In this document: positions 1-8,135 of the stretch, one piece after another
How positions within the stretch are numbered: position 1 is the stretch's first letter
How the letters are laid out: every line of letters begins with the position of its first letter
Assembly: GCA_049967655.1 (NCBI GenBank)
Contig: JBMFSH010000026.1
Location: 1 to 39,022, forward strand
Reading direction: 5' to 3'
Source of the DNA: Acidobacteriota bacterium
GTDB lineage: Bacteria > Acidobacteriota > UBA4820 > DSQY01
DNA: 39,022 bases
Position numbers and translations under genes: made by a program
The notes under the pieces: generated by a model
The model's database searches: none
Told to the model about the DNA's origin: nothing
The model's input: only the letters and a program-made list of their open reading frames with translations

Positions 1-156
1 GCCCCGCAGGGCAATCTCCCGAACCGTCGGGCTTGGCTCGCGGTTCGGGGCGGCAAGGCCATGGCCCTCCCCGTCCAGGAGACAACGCCTTTCCCCGGTG
101 AACCCGAGCGGAAGCCAGAGGCACCCGTGTTTCCATCGCGGAATTTGGGTGGTTAA
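1..156 (+). CDS. Possible 3' end of a CDS entering from the left edge (product unknown)
   Basis: Frame 1 is open from base 1 to TAA at 154-156 (APQGNLPNRRAWLAVRGGKAMALPVQETTPFPGEPERKPEAPVFPSRNLGG*). An imperfect hairpin follows at about 171-196. No diagnostic motif. Confidence 0.35.
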   Translation, partial: APQGNLPNRRAWLAVRGGKAMALPVQETTPFPGEPERKPEAPVFPSRNLGG

Positions 157-291
157 GATTCTTCACGACGCTGAGTTGTCGCTCGGCGACTTTCAGAAAC
201 TCCTGTAGCGGGCTTCGGGCGATCGCTCCCCCGCCCTTCTCATCCCCTGGGCGTGATGCCTTCGACGTCTGCCTGTGCGGGAAGGTGAAAA

Positions 292-369
<78 letters not shown>

Positions 370-380
370 GCTTTGGATCT

Positions 381-456
381 TGGTGGGCCGTACTGGATTC
401 GAACCAGTGACTCTCTGCTTAAAAGGCAGATACTCTACCGACTGAGTTAACGGCCC
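381..456 (-). tRNA. tRNA-Lys (TTT)
   Basis: Reverse complement GGGCCGTTAACTCAGTCGGTAGAG... with anticodon arm TCTGC-CT-TTT-AA-GCAGA, T-loop GTTCGAATC, encoded CCA. Confidence 0.97.
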
Positions 457-472
457 GCCGGCCTGGCGAGCT

Positions 473-501
473 ATTATTCGGGAATTCACCCTTTAAGTCA
501 A
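473..501 (-). promoter_or_regulatory. sigma70-type promoter for the tRNA-Lys/tRNA-Glu pair
   Basis: Minus strand TTGACT (501-496), 17 nt spacer, AATAAT (478-473), 16 nt upstream of tRNA-Lys. Confidence 0.65.
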
Positions 502-552
502 CCAAGCCGGGGGCCGGTCTGGGGGCGCGAGACGGAATAATGGGGGCGAGTC

Positions 553-590
553 TCCACCCTCCACCCTCCACCACCCACCACCCTCCACCA
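553..590. repeat. Tandem heptamer repeat (TCCACCC/TCCACCA)
   Basis: TCCACCC TCCACCC TCCACCA CCCACCA ccc TCCACCA between two divergent promoters. Confidence 0.8.
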
Positions 591-591
591 A

Positions 592-620
592 TTGAAGGCC
601 GTCCGCCCTTCGGCTATTCT
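592..620 (+). promoter_or_regulatory. sigma70-type promoter, probably giving a leaderless mRNA for the ABC ATPase
   Basis: TTGAAG (592-597), 17 nt spacer, TATTCT (615-620), then 7 nt to ATG at 628. No Shine-Dalgarno. Confidence 0.6.
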
Positions 621-627
621 GCTGCGC

Positions 628-1602
628 ATGGCCGCCGTGCTGGAGGTGCGGGATCTCGTCGTTAGCTTCCCCATCGAGGGCCGCTCTGTTCCCGTGTTGA
701 ACGGCGTGGATTTCCACGTGGAGGAGGGCGAGCCCGTGGCGCTGGTGGGCGAATCGGGCTGCGGCAAGACCATGACGGGGCTGGCGCTTCTGCGGCTGGT
801 CCCGCCTCCCGGGGCCGTCACGAGCGGCTCGATCCGCTTCCGCGGGCAGGAGGTCCTGAGGATGTCCGAACAGGAGATCTGCTCCCACCGGGGAAAGTCC
901 GTCGCCATGATCTTTCAGGAGCCCCAGAGCGCGCTCAATCCGGTGATGACGGTGGGGGCCCAGGTGGCCGAGGCGATCCGCGCCCACGAGAAGGTCTCCC
1001 GCCGGGAGGCGCTGGACAGGGCGGCGGAGCTCTTCGGGCGGGTGGCGCTCTCCGAACCGAAGAGGCGCCTGGCCGATTATCCCCACCAGTTGAGCGGCGG
1101 TCAGCGCCAGCGCGTCATGATCGCCATGGCCCTCGCGGCCGGGCCCTCGCTGCTGGTGGCGGACGAGCCCACCACGGCTCTGGACGTGACGGTCCAGTCC
1201 CAGATCCTGGATCTGCTGGCCTCGCTGAGCGAGAGCCTGGGCATGGCGCTTCTGCTCATCACGCACGACCTGGGGGTGGTGGCCCATTTCTCGCTGAGGC
1301 TCTACGTGATGTACTGCGGGCGCATCGTGGAATCGGGGCCGGTGGAGGAGCTCTTCCGGTCGCCCCAGCATCCCTACACCCGCGCTCTGCTCCAGTCGGT
1401 GCCGCGGCTCCACGACGGGCGGGGGAGGTTGAGGGCCATCCCCGGTTCCGTGCCTCCTCCCCAGGCGCTGCCCGCGGGCTGTGCCTTCGCGCCGCGCTGC
1501 CCCCTGGCCGAGGAGCGGTGCAGACGGGCCGTCCCCGAGCTTCGTCCCCTGGCCGGCGGGCGGGCGGTGCGCTGCGTCTTGGCCTCCGGGGGCGAAGGGT
1601 GA
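628..1602 (+). CDS. oppD: Oligopeptide/dipeptide ABC transporter ATP-binding protein (OppD/DppD-like)
   Basis: Walker A GESGCGKT, signature LSGGQ, Walker B LLVADEP, HPY motif and Cys-rich C-terminal domain (GCAFAPRC...C...C). Start moved from TTG 592 to ATG 628. Confidence 0.93.
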   Translation: MAAVLEVRDLVVSFPIEGRSVPVLNGVDFHVEEGEPVALVGESGCGKTMTGLALLRLVPPPGAVTSGSIRFRGQEVLRMSEQEICSHRGKSVAMIFQEPQSALNPVMTVGAQVAEAIRAHEKVSRREALDRAAELFGRVALSEPKRRLADYPHQLSGGQRQRVMIAMALAAGPSLLVADEPTTALDVTVQSQILDLLASLSESLGMALLLITHDLGVVAHFSLRLYVMYCGRIVESGPVEELFRSPQHPYTRALLQSVPRLHDGRGRLRAIPGSVPPPQALPAGCAFAPRCPLAEERCRRAVPELRPLAGGRAVRCVLASGGEG

Positions 1603-2612
1603 GCGGGCCGCGCCCCGAGACCGACGGCCCCGCCCTGGTGGAGGTCCGCCACCTGGTCCACCGGTACCCCATCGGGCACGGCTGGCTGGGAGGCCCGCGC
1701 GGCTACCTGAACGCCGTGGACGACGTCTCCCTGCGTGTCTGGAGAGGCGAGACCCTGGGCCTCGTGGGCGAGACGGGCTCGGGCAAGAGCACCCTGGGGC
1801 GCTGCCTCGTCCGGCTGATCAAACCCACATCGGGCGAGATCCTCTTCGAGGGGGAGGACCTGCTCGCGCTTCGGGGCGGTGCCCTGCGGCGCAAGCGGCG
1901 CGACTTCCAGATCATCTTCCAGGACCCCTACGGCAGCCTCAACCCCAGGATGCGGGTGGAAGCCATCGTGACGGAGCCGCTGGCCATCCACCGGATGGGC
2001 GATAGACGCCAGCGGCGGGAGCGCGCCGTGGAGCTCCTCGATCAGGTCGGAATGGAGCCCTCGGCCCTGCCCCGGTTCCCCCACGAGTTTTCGGGCGGCC
2101 AGCGCCAGCGCATCGGCATCGCGAGGGCCCTGGCGCTGAACCCCAAGTTCGTGGTCTGCGACGAGCCGGTGTCGGCCCTGGACGTCTCCGTTCAGGCCCA
2201 GATCATCAACCTCCTGCAGGACCTCCAGGAGCGGCTGGGGCTCACCTACCTCTTCATCGCCCACGGCCTCCAGGTGGTGGCCCATATCTCCACGCGGGTG
2301 GCCGTCCTGTTCCAGGGACGCATCGTGGAAATGGGCCCCCGCGAGGAGCTGTTTCAACGGCCGCTCCACCCGTACACGCGCTCGCTTCTGGATGCCGTGC
2401 TGGACCCCGATCCCGGCGTTCCGAGGCCGGCGCGCGAGGGCCCGCAGGCCGAACCGGCCGCCGTGCACTCCCCCGCGCCGGGCTGCCGCTTCGCGCCGCG
2501 CTGCCCCCTCGCCGAGCAACTCTGCCGGGCCGAGGAGCCGGCGCTTCGGGAGCTGGCGCCGGGCCACACGGCCGCCTGCCACCTGGCGGACAGCCCCGCG
2601 GCCGGGCATTGA
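1599..2612 (+). CDS. oppF: Oligopeptide/dipeptide ABC transporter ATP-binding protein (OppF/DppF-like)
   Basis: [43 protein letters not shown] and Cys-rich tail. GTG start overlaps the upstream stop (GTGA). Confidence 0.93.
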   Translation: MSGPRPETDGPALVEVRHLVHRYPIGHGWLGGPRGYLNAVDDVSLRVWRGETLGLVGETGSGKSTLGRCLVRLIKPTSGEILFEGEDLLALRGGALRRKRRDFQIIFQDPYGSLNPRMRVEAIVTEPLAIHRMGDRRQRRERAVELLDQVGMEPSALPRFPHEFSGGQRQRIGIARALALNPKFVVCDEPVSALDVSVQAQIINLLQDLQERLGLTYLFIAHGLQVVAHISTRVAVLFQGRIVEMGPREELFQRPLHPYTRSLLDAVLDPDPGVPRPAREGPQAEPAAVHSPAPGCRFAPRCPLAEQLCRAEEPALRELAPGHTAACHLADSPAAGH

Positions 2613-2671
2613 CCTTCCAGGCGCCTGCGGCACCTCCGTGCGGGCCAAGGGCGACGCAACGCGCCTTCCCG

Positions 2672-3454
2672 TCAGAGACCCCGCACCAGATGGCGGGTGG
2701 ACCACTCCCCCATGGAGATCAGGGTGATGAGCTTCCCGCGGGGCAGGAGGCGGCGGGCGATGGCGCGGTCGGAGAGGCCGTCGGCCCGGAGGGTCTGGAC
2801 CTTGCCGCGCAGCTCCTCCAGAAACTCCAGCCGTCGGGTGAGGTGGCGCCGCCCCTCCGAGAGGACGCCCGAGTGGGCCGTGAAGAGCGTGTCGGCGCCG
2901 AGGCCGATCATCCGTTTGAGGGAGTCGATGGAGCGCCCCGACTCCTCGTCCTGGAAGGCGACCACCTGCGAGACGCCCAGGAAGAAGTCACCCGTAAAGA
3001 GCCAGCCCTTCTCCCGCTCCCACAGAACCACGTGGTCGGGCGTGTGGCCGGGGGCCGGGAGGATCTCGAAGCGGTGGCTGGGCGTCTCTATGACGGGAGG
3101 AAGCGGCAGTGGGCGGAAGGCCTTGCGCGAACCCCACGCCAGGCGGCGGTAGGGCGGCAAACGGGCGTCGGAGGCGGCCTCGCCGTGCTGGACCTCGTTG
3201 AGATAGATGGGCACGCGGAGGTTCTCCTGGATCCAGGCGGCCAACCCGCAGTGGTCCTCGTGGGCGTGGGTCAGCGCCACCTCCCGGATCGCCGACCGCT
3301 CCAGGAAGGGGATGATGACCCCGCGCTGGGAGGCCGGGCCCGTGTCCACCAGCAGGCCGTCCACCGCGTAGACGTAGAAGGCCAGCGGGATACCTAGAAG
3401 GCGAGACTCCGTGCGGAGGTAGTGAACGTCCTCGTGGAGGCCTGTCTTGATCAT
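2672..3454 (-). CDS. MBL-fold metallo-hydrolase
   Basis: LLVDTG, THAHEDH, PGHT and FTGD metal-binding motifs. Confidence 0.9.
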   Translation of the reverse strand: MIKTGLHEDVHYLRTESRLLGIPLAFYVYAVDGLLVDTGPASQRGVIIPFLERSAIREVALTHAHEDHCGLAAWIQENLRVPIYLNEVQHGEAASDARLPPYRRLAWGSRKAFRPLPLPPVIETPSHRFEILPAPGHTPDHVVLWEREKGWLFTGDFFLGVSQVVAFQDEESGRSIDSLKRMIGLGADTLFTAHSGVLSEGRRHLTRRLEFLEELRGKVQTLRADGLSDRAIARRLLPRGKLITLISMGEWSTRHLVRGL

Positions 3455-3495
3455 CGTCCCACCTCTATGAAGTGATTACCTTTTCGTGGCCGATA

Positions 3496-3524
3496 TTGTC
3501 AAGCGCAGGGGGCCGTGTTAGGCT
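3496..3524 (+). promoter_or_regulatory. sigma70-type promoter for the CoA-transferase (its -35 overlaps a TTGACA on the minus strand)
   Basis: TTGTCA (3496-3501), 17 nt spacer, TG-T-TAGGCT extended -10 (3519-3524). Confidence 0.6.
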
Positions 3525-3571
3525 CGCAGTGTGAGTGACCATTTATTTATATAACACGACAGGAGGGCTAC

Positions 3572-4915
3572 ATGGCACTTCAGCAGGAGTACCAGAGGAA
3601 ACTGGTCAGTGCGCAGGAGGCGGTGAAGGTGGTGGGATCGGGGGACATCGTGGACTACGGCTTCTTCAACGGGAAGCCCGTGCTCTGCGACCAGGCCCTC
3701 GCGGCGCGAGGCGGCGAGCTGCGCGACGTTCAGGTTTACGCGGCCGTGACCCTGCCTCCCGTGCCGGAAGTGGCCAAGAACCCCATGGTCTTCAGCTACC
3801 ACGACTTCCAATACAGCAAGCTCACGCGCATGATCGCCGCCAAGAACCCGCGGGTCTTCTACAACCCCATCATCTACCACCACGCGCCCGACATGCTGAG
3901 GAGCGGCATCGGCCCCAGCCGGCGGGCGGGCTTCTACCGCGTCTGCCCCATGGATGCCCACGGCTACTTCAACCTCGGCCCGCAGAACTCGGAGACGCGG
4001 GCCAAGATGGAGCGCGACGAGATTGTGGTGCTGGAGGTGGCGCCCGCCATGCCCGTCTGCCCCGGCGGGGCGGGCGAGAGCGTCCACCTCTCCGAGGTGG
4101 ACTTCGTGGTGGAGGCGCCGGCCGACCACGGCGCCTTCCCCATGCCCACGGAGGAGGCCACGCCCGCGGAGAAGGCCATCGCCGAGCACCTCGTGCGGCA
4201 CATCACGGACGGGGCCGTGATCCAGCTCGGCATCGGGGGCCTGCCGAACCAGGTGGGCAAGCTCATCGCCGAGAGCGACCTGAAGGACCTGGGCGGCCAC
4301 ACCGAGATGTTCTGCGACGCCTACGTGGACATGATCGAGTCGGGCCGCCTGAACGGCCGCCGGAAGAGCTTCGACCGTGGGAGGGTGGCCTACACCTTCG
4401 CCCTCGGCTCGCAGCGGATGTACGAGTTCCTCCACCAGAACCCGGCGGCGGCCTCCTATCCGGTGGAGTATACGAACGACCCCCGCGTCATCGCCCGGCA
4501 TCCCCGCTTCATCAGCATCGTCAGCGCGCTGGAGGTGGATCTCTTCGGCCAGGTCAACGCGGAGAGCCACGGTGCGCGCCAGATCTCGGGCAACGGCGGG
4601 ATGTGGGACTTCGTCTGGGGCGCCCAGTGGTCCGAGGGCGGCAAGAGCTTCATCTGCCTGACGAGCACCTTCACCGACCATTCTGGGCAGACCCACTCCC
4701 GCATCGTCCCCTCCTTCGCGCCGGGCTCCATCGTCACCGTACCGCGCCAGATGGTGGACTACGTGGTCACCGAGTACGGCGCCGCGCGGCTCAACTCCCT
4801 GCCCACCTGGATGCGCGCCGAGGCGCTCATCGGCCTGGCCCACCCCGATTTCCGCGAGGAGCTCGTCCGCGAGGCCGCCCGATTCGGCATCTGGAGGCAG
4901 AGCAACAAGAGGTGA
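3572..4915 (+). CDS. Acetyl-CoA hydrolase/transferase family acyl-CoA:acetate CoA-transferase (butyryl-CoA/4-hydroxybutyrate CoA-transferase-like)
   Basis: QLGIGG, catalytic HTEM, ISGNGG..DFV, GGKSFIC, DYVVTEYG, AHPDFREEL. SD AGGAGG precedes the ATG. Confidence 0.92.
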   Translation: MALQQEYQRKLVSAQEAVKVVGSGDIVDYGFFNGKPVLCDQALAARGGELRDVQVYAAVTLPPVPEVAKNPMVFSYHDFQYSKLTRMIAAKNPRVFYNPIIYHHAPDMLRSGIGPSRRAGFYRVCPMDAHGYFNLGPQNSETRAKMERDEIVVLEVAPAMPVCPGGAGESVHLSEVDFVVEAPADHGAFPMPTEEATPAEKAIAEHLVRHITDGAVIQLGIGGLPNQVGKLIAESDLKDLGGHTEMFCDAYVDMIESGRLNGRRKSFDRGRVAYTFALGSQRMYEFLHQNPAAASYPVEYTNDPRVIARHPRFISIVSALEVDLFGQVNAESHGARQISGNGGMWDFVWGAQWSEGGKSFICLTSTFTDHSGQTHSRIVPSFAPGSIVTVPRQMVDYVVTEYGAARLNSLPTWMRAEALIGLAHPDFREELVREAARFGIWRQSNKR

Positions 4916-4934
4916 CGCCCGGCGAAGACGGGCC

Positions 4935-4964
4935 GGCCTGGCCCCGCGGCGCCAGGCCCTCTTT
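4935..4964 (+). terminator. Possible intrinsic terminator after the CoA-transferase
   Basis: GGCCTGGC-N8-GCCAGGCC followed by CTCTTT (weak U tract). Confidence 0.4.
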
Positions 4965-5077
4965 GCCCCCGACTCTCCTTGATGCTTCCTTGGCCTTGAG
5001 GCTAAGACCGCAGCCTTCCGGACCATGCCCGAGGGTGCGGATGCCTCGCGGTATGGACCTTCTGCGGAGCGGGCCCC

Positions 5078-5106
5078 TTGACTCCACCGAACGTTGGAAC
5101 TACTGT
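5078..5106 (+). promoter_or_regulatory. sigma70-type promoter for the sigma54 activator
   Basis: TTGACT (5078-5083), 17 nt spacer, TACTGT (5101-5106), 20 nt before ATG 5127. Confidence 0.6.
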
Positions 5107-5126
5107 TTCAGCCTGAGGCGGGCCCG

Positions 5127-6914
5127 ATGAACGCTCTATCTATCGAAACCCAGCGCGTGATCCTCGAGGATTTTCCGGACGCCATGCTGGTGCTCGACCG
5201 GAACAGGACGATCCTCTACGCCAACCCCGCTTTCTACAGGCTCATGGATCTCGACCCGCGCGAGGACATTCGCGGCCGCCAGTGCGGCGAAGTGGCCCAA
5301 ACGGCGGCCTGCGAAAGCCAGTGCCTCATGCAGCGGGCCGAGCTGGACGAGAGGACCACGGTGCAGCGCCACAGCATCGGCTGTCACTGCCCCGAAGCCG
5401 GGTCCCTCTGCATGACCCACCGGATTTTCAACGCTTCCGCCGCCCCGGGAGAGCCATACTCGGTCGAGGTCTTCAAGGACATGGCCGATCTGGGCAACTA
5501 CCTCGAAACGCTCCGGACCACGGCCCTGGCCCTGGAGCAGGAGAAGGACAAGCTGGCGGTGATTCTGGAAGGCATCGCCGACGGCTTCTTCACGACGGAC
5601 CGCCATCTCGTCGTGACCGACGCCAACGACAGCCTCCTTCGCTTTCTCCGAAAGCGCCGGGAAGAGGTCGTGGGCAAGGCCTGTTCCGAAGTGTTCCATT
5701 CGGACAAGTGCGAGGTGGACTGCCCCGTGCGCTGGACGCTGGACCATGGCAAACACGTGGCCAACTGCCGGGAGCGGGTGCTGACGGCCGAGGACCAGGT
5801 CCGGCACGTGCTCAAGAGCACCTACCTCCAGAGGGACATGAACGGCGAGCCGACGGGGGTCATCGGCATCGTGCGGGACAACTCCGAGCTCGTCTCCCTT
5901 CAGCACCAGGCGGTCTCCCTCGTGAAAGCTTACGGATTCGTCACCAAGAACAAGCACATGCAGGAGCTGTTGGATCTCATCCAGACGATCCGGGACACGG
6001 ACACCTCCGTGCTCATTCTGGGCGAGAGTGGCACGGGAAAGGAGATGCTGGCCAACGCCATCGTGCAGAGCAGCGTCCGGAGGAACAAGCCATTCATCAA
6101 GATCAACTGCTCCGCGCTCACCGAGAACCTCCTGGAGAGCGAGCTCTTCGGCCACGTGAAGGGGGCCTTCACGGGGGCCATCATGGACAAGCCCGGGAAG
6201 TTCGAGATGGCCGACGGCGGGACGCTCTTCCTGGACGAGGTGGGGGACATGTCGCTCCCCCTTCAGGCCAAGGTGTTGCGCGTCCTTCAGGAGAAGGAGT
6301 TCGAGCGGCTGGGGGGAAACAGGACGCTCCGCGTGGACGTCCGCATCATCGCCGCCACCAACAAGGACCTGAAGGAGGAGATCCGGAAGGGCACCTTCCG
6401 GGAGGACCTTTATTACCGGCTCCACGTGATCCCCGTCCACATACCGCCCCTCAGGCAGCGGAAGGAGGACATTCCCCTGCTGGTGCACCACTTCGTGGAC
6501 CTCTTCAACCAGAAGTACAAGCGGAGCATCCAGGAGGTCTCTTCGCGGGCCCTGGCGCTGCTCGTGGACTATCCCTGGCCCGGGAACGTCCGGGAGCTGC
6601 GGAACGCCGTCGAATACGCCTTCGTCTGCTCCAACGGGACCATCCTGGAGCGCCCCGCCCTTCCGACGGAGATCCAGCACTTTCAGAGGGGATGGACCGA
6701 GCGGGCCCGCTCCTCAGGGGAGCAGGAGCTTTCGCCGAGGCCGCCGGAGACGGGGGCGGAGGAGCTCCCCTCCGGTGACGACCGGCAGAGGATTCTGGCC
6801 CTCCTGGAGCGCCACCACGGAAACCGCACCAAGGTGGCCCAGATCCTCGGCATGGGCCGCACGACGCTCTGGCGGAAGATCAAGGAGATGGACATTCGGG
6901 AGAACTTCCGGTGA
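5127..6914 (+). CDS. sigma54-dependent transcriptional activator (PAS-PAS-AAA+-Fis HTH)
   Basis: Two PAS domains with Cys clusters, [39 protein letters not shown]-terminal [10 protein letters not shown] helix-turn-helix. Confidence 0.95.
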   Translation: MNALSIETQRVILEDFPDAMLVLDRNRTILYANPAFYRLMDLDPREDIRGRQCGEVAQTAACESQCLMQRAELDERTTVQRHSIGCHCPEAGSLCMTHRIFNASAAPGEPYSVEVFKDMADLGNYLETLRTTALALEQEKDKLAVILEGIADGFFTTDRHLVVTDANDSLLRFLRKRREEVVGKACSEVFHSDKCEVDCPVRWTLDHGKHVANCRERVLTAEDQVRHVLKSTYLQRDMNGEPTGVIGIVRDNSELVSLQHQAVSLVKAYGFVTKNKHMQELLDLIQTIRDTDTSVLILGESGTGKEMLANAIVQSSVRRNKPFIKINCSALTENLLESELFGHVKGAFTGAIMDKPGKFEMADGGTLFLDEVGDMSLPLQAKVLRVLQEKEFERLGGNRTLRVDVRIIAATNKDLKEEIRKGTFREDLYYRLHVIPVHIPPLRQRKEDIPLLVHHFVDLFNQKYKRSIQEVSSRALALLVDYPWPGNVRELRNAVEYAFVCSNGTILERPALPTEIQHFQRGWTERARSSGEQELSPRPPETGAEELPSGDDRQRILALLERHHGNRTKVAQILGMGRTTLWRKIKEMDIRENFR

Positions 6915-7176
6915 GGATTTCGCCCCGGCGGATGGCGGCCGTCGCGGTGCTCGGGACGGCCCATTGCGCCTGTGGGCGGGCGCGGTTGCTGTTCAGCCTC
7001 GTTCAGTTCGCGGTGGCCATGAACTGCACCCACTCCCACGCCTTTCCATGAGCGCCCGAGCCTCTTCCCTCTTCAGGCCCCGCTCCGAATGCCGAAGGCC
7101 CGCCAGGGTCCGCAAGCCGTGCCCCTGCCCCAAAAACAGCGATTCCTGCCGGACCGTGGTAATGCTGGCGGCGGGG

Positions 7177-7278
7177 ATGGAGTGCCCCTTCTGCCACCTC
7201 GCCCCGCTCCGGGAGGAGGCCGGCGGGATGATCGCCTGCCCCGTCTGCGGCTACGGCACCCACCGGCCCGTGACGTGA
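7177..7278 (+). CDS. Small putative zinc-ribbon protein (33 aa; alternative ATG at 7162)
   Basis: MECPFCHLAPLREEAGGMIACPVCGYGTHRPVT has CPxC and CPxCG motifs and GC3-rich codons like flanking genes. Confidence 0.6.
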   Translation: MECPFCHLAPLREEAGGMIACPVCGYGTHRPVT

Positions 7279-7284
7279 TAGAAT
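7276..7284 (+). promoter_or_regulatory. Extended -10 promoter for the downstream exported-protein gene
   Basis: TG-A-TAGAAT overlapping the micro-ORF stop, about 100 nt upstream of AGGAGG-ATG at 7383. Confidence 0.45.
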
Positions 7285-7382
7285 CCAGGCACGGTTCCGG
7301 GGTTCCCGGCCATAGCCCTCGTTGGGGAATTCTTTTCCGCTCACGACGTTTGTGGGAGTGTCAACCGCTTAGGAGGAAGACT

Positions 7383-7786
7383 ATGAAGAAGGCGTTGTTC
7401 TTAGCCGGGGTGGTGCTTTCCACGGCCCTGGCGGCGCAGGCCGGCGTCGGGATCCAGTATAAGGGCAAGGTGACCATCGAGGGAGGCCCCTATCAGGCCG
7501 AAGCCGCCAAAATGCAGAAGATGAGTCCCGAGGAGCGGGCGCGAATGCGCGGGATGGGCATGAGCACCGAGGGGGCGAGCGGATACGAGTTCAAGGCCGA
7601 GGCCGACGGCGGCCAGTTCAAGATGACCTACCTTTCGCGCCGGGCCACTTCAGCCTCCCCTCCGGCTACGAGAAGACCACCTTCATGGGGATGATGATGG
7701 GCGGGCAGGGGGAGCAGCCCCAGGGCGAGAAGCCGAAGGGCCGGCCGTCGCTCAAGGACCTTATGAAACGCTTCGGCGGAAATTAG
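7383..7786 (+). pseudogene. Exported protein gene (DUF4412-like) broken by a frameshift, probably an internal deletion
   Basis: SD AGGAGG, signal peptide MKKALFLAGVVLSTALAAQA, about 85 codons to ...FKMTYLS. The coding-like sequence then continues in the -1 frame from about 7637 (APGHFSLPSGYEKTTFMGMMMGGQ...LKDLMKRFGGN*, TAG 7784-7786), while the original frame stops at 7694. Confidence 0.7.
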
Positions 7787-7825
7787 CACGGCAAGTGCAT
7801 CGCGGAATTTGGGGGGGTAGGCCTC

Positions 7826-7854
7826 TTGCCACGGGCGGGATTCTCTGGTATAAA
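7826..7854 (+). promoter_or_regulatory. sigma70 promoter of the rpsU-mutS2-dnaG-rpoD cluster
   Basis: TTGCCA (7826-7831), 17 nt spacer, TG-G-TATAAA (7849-7854). Confidence 0.75.
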
Positions 7855-7857
7855 AGT

Positions 7858-7888
7858 TGGGCCCCCGTAAGCGCGGGGGCCCACTTTT
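7858..7888 (+). promoter_or_regulatory. GC-rich hairpin in the rpsU leader
   Basis: TGGGCCCCCG-TAAGCG-CGGGGGCCCA followed by CTTTT. Confidence 0.6.
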
Positions 7889-7911
7889 GATGAGAGGGGA
7901 GGCGATAGCGA

Positions 7912-8118
7912 GTGCCAACCGTAGTCGTGAAAGAAGGCGAATCCATTGAAGGCGCGATCCGCCGCTTCAAGCGTAAATGCGAGAAGGCGGGTGTGCTTTC
8001 CGAGCTGAAGAAGCGCCAGCACTACGAAAAACCCAGCGTCAAGCGCAAGAAAAAAGCCCTGGCCGCGCGCAAGAAACTGCTCAAGCGCCTGGCCCAGGAA
8101 CGCAAGCTCAACGCGTAA
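7912..8118 (+). CDS. rpsU: 30S ribosomal protein S21
   Basis: [19 protein letters not shown]...[14 protein letters not shown] start with SD GGGGGAGG. Confidence 0.97.
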   Translation: MPTVVVKEGESIEGAIRRFKRKCEKAGVLSELKKRQHYEKPSVKRKKKALAARKKLLKRLAQERKLNA

Positions 8119-8135
8119 CAGCCTCGCGTAACAAC

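Noticed and set aside
1..62. Minus-strand ORF starting at ATG 62 with GGAGG upstream
   Set aside because: Only about 20 codons are visible, it has no motif, and it conflicts with the open plus-strand frame.
7273..7284. TGA-TAG at the end of the micro-ORF as possible selenocysteine
   Set aside because: No recognisable SECIS hairpin, and no homolog evidence for Cys at this position. The bases are better explained as a stop plus an extended -10.
7783..7800. sigma54-like TTAGCACGGCAAGTGCA upstream of rpsU
   Set aside because: It lacks the essential -24 GG, and a good sigma70 promoter lies just downstream.
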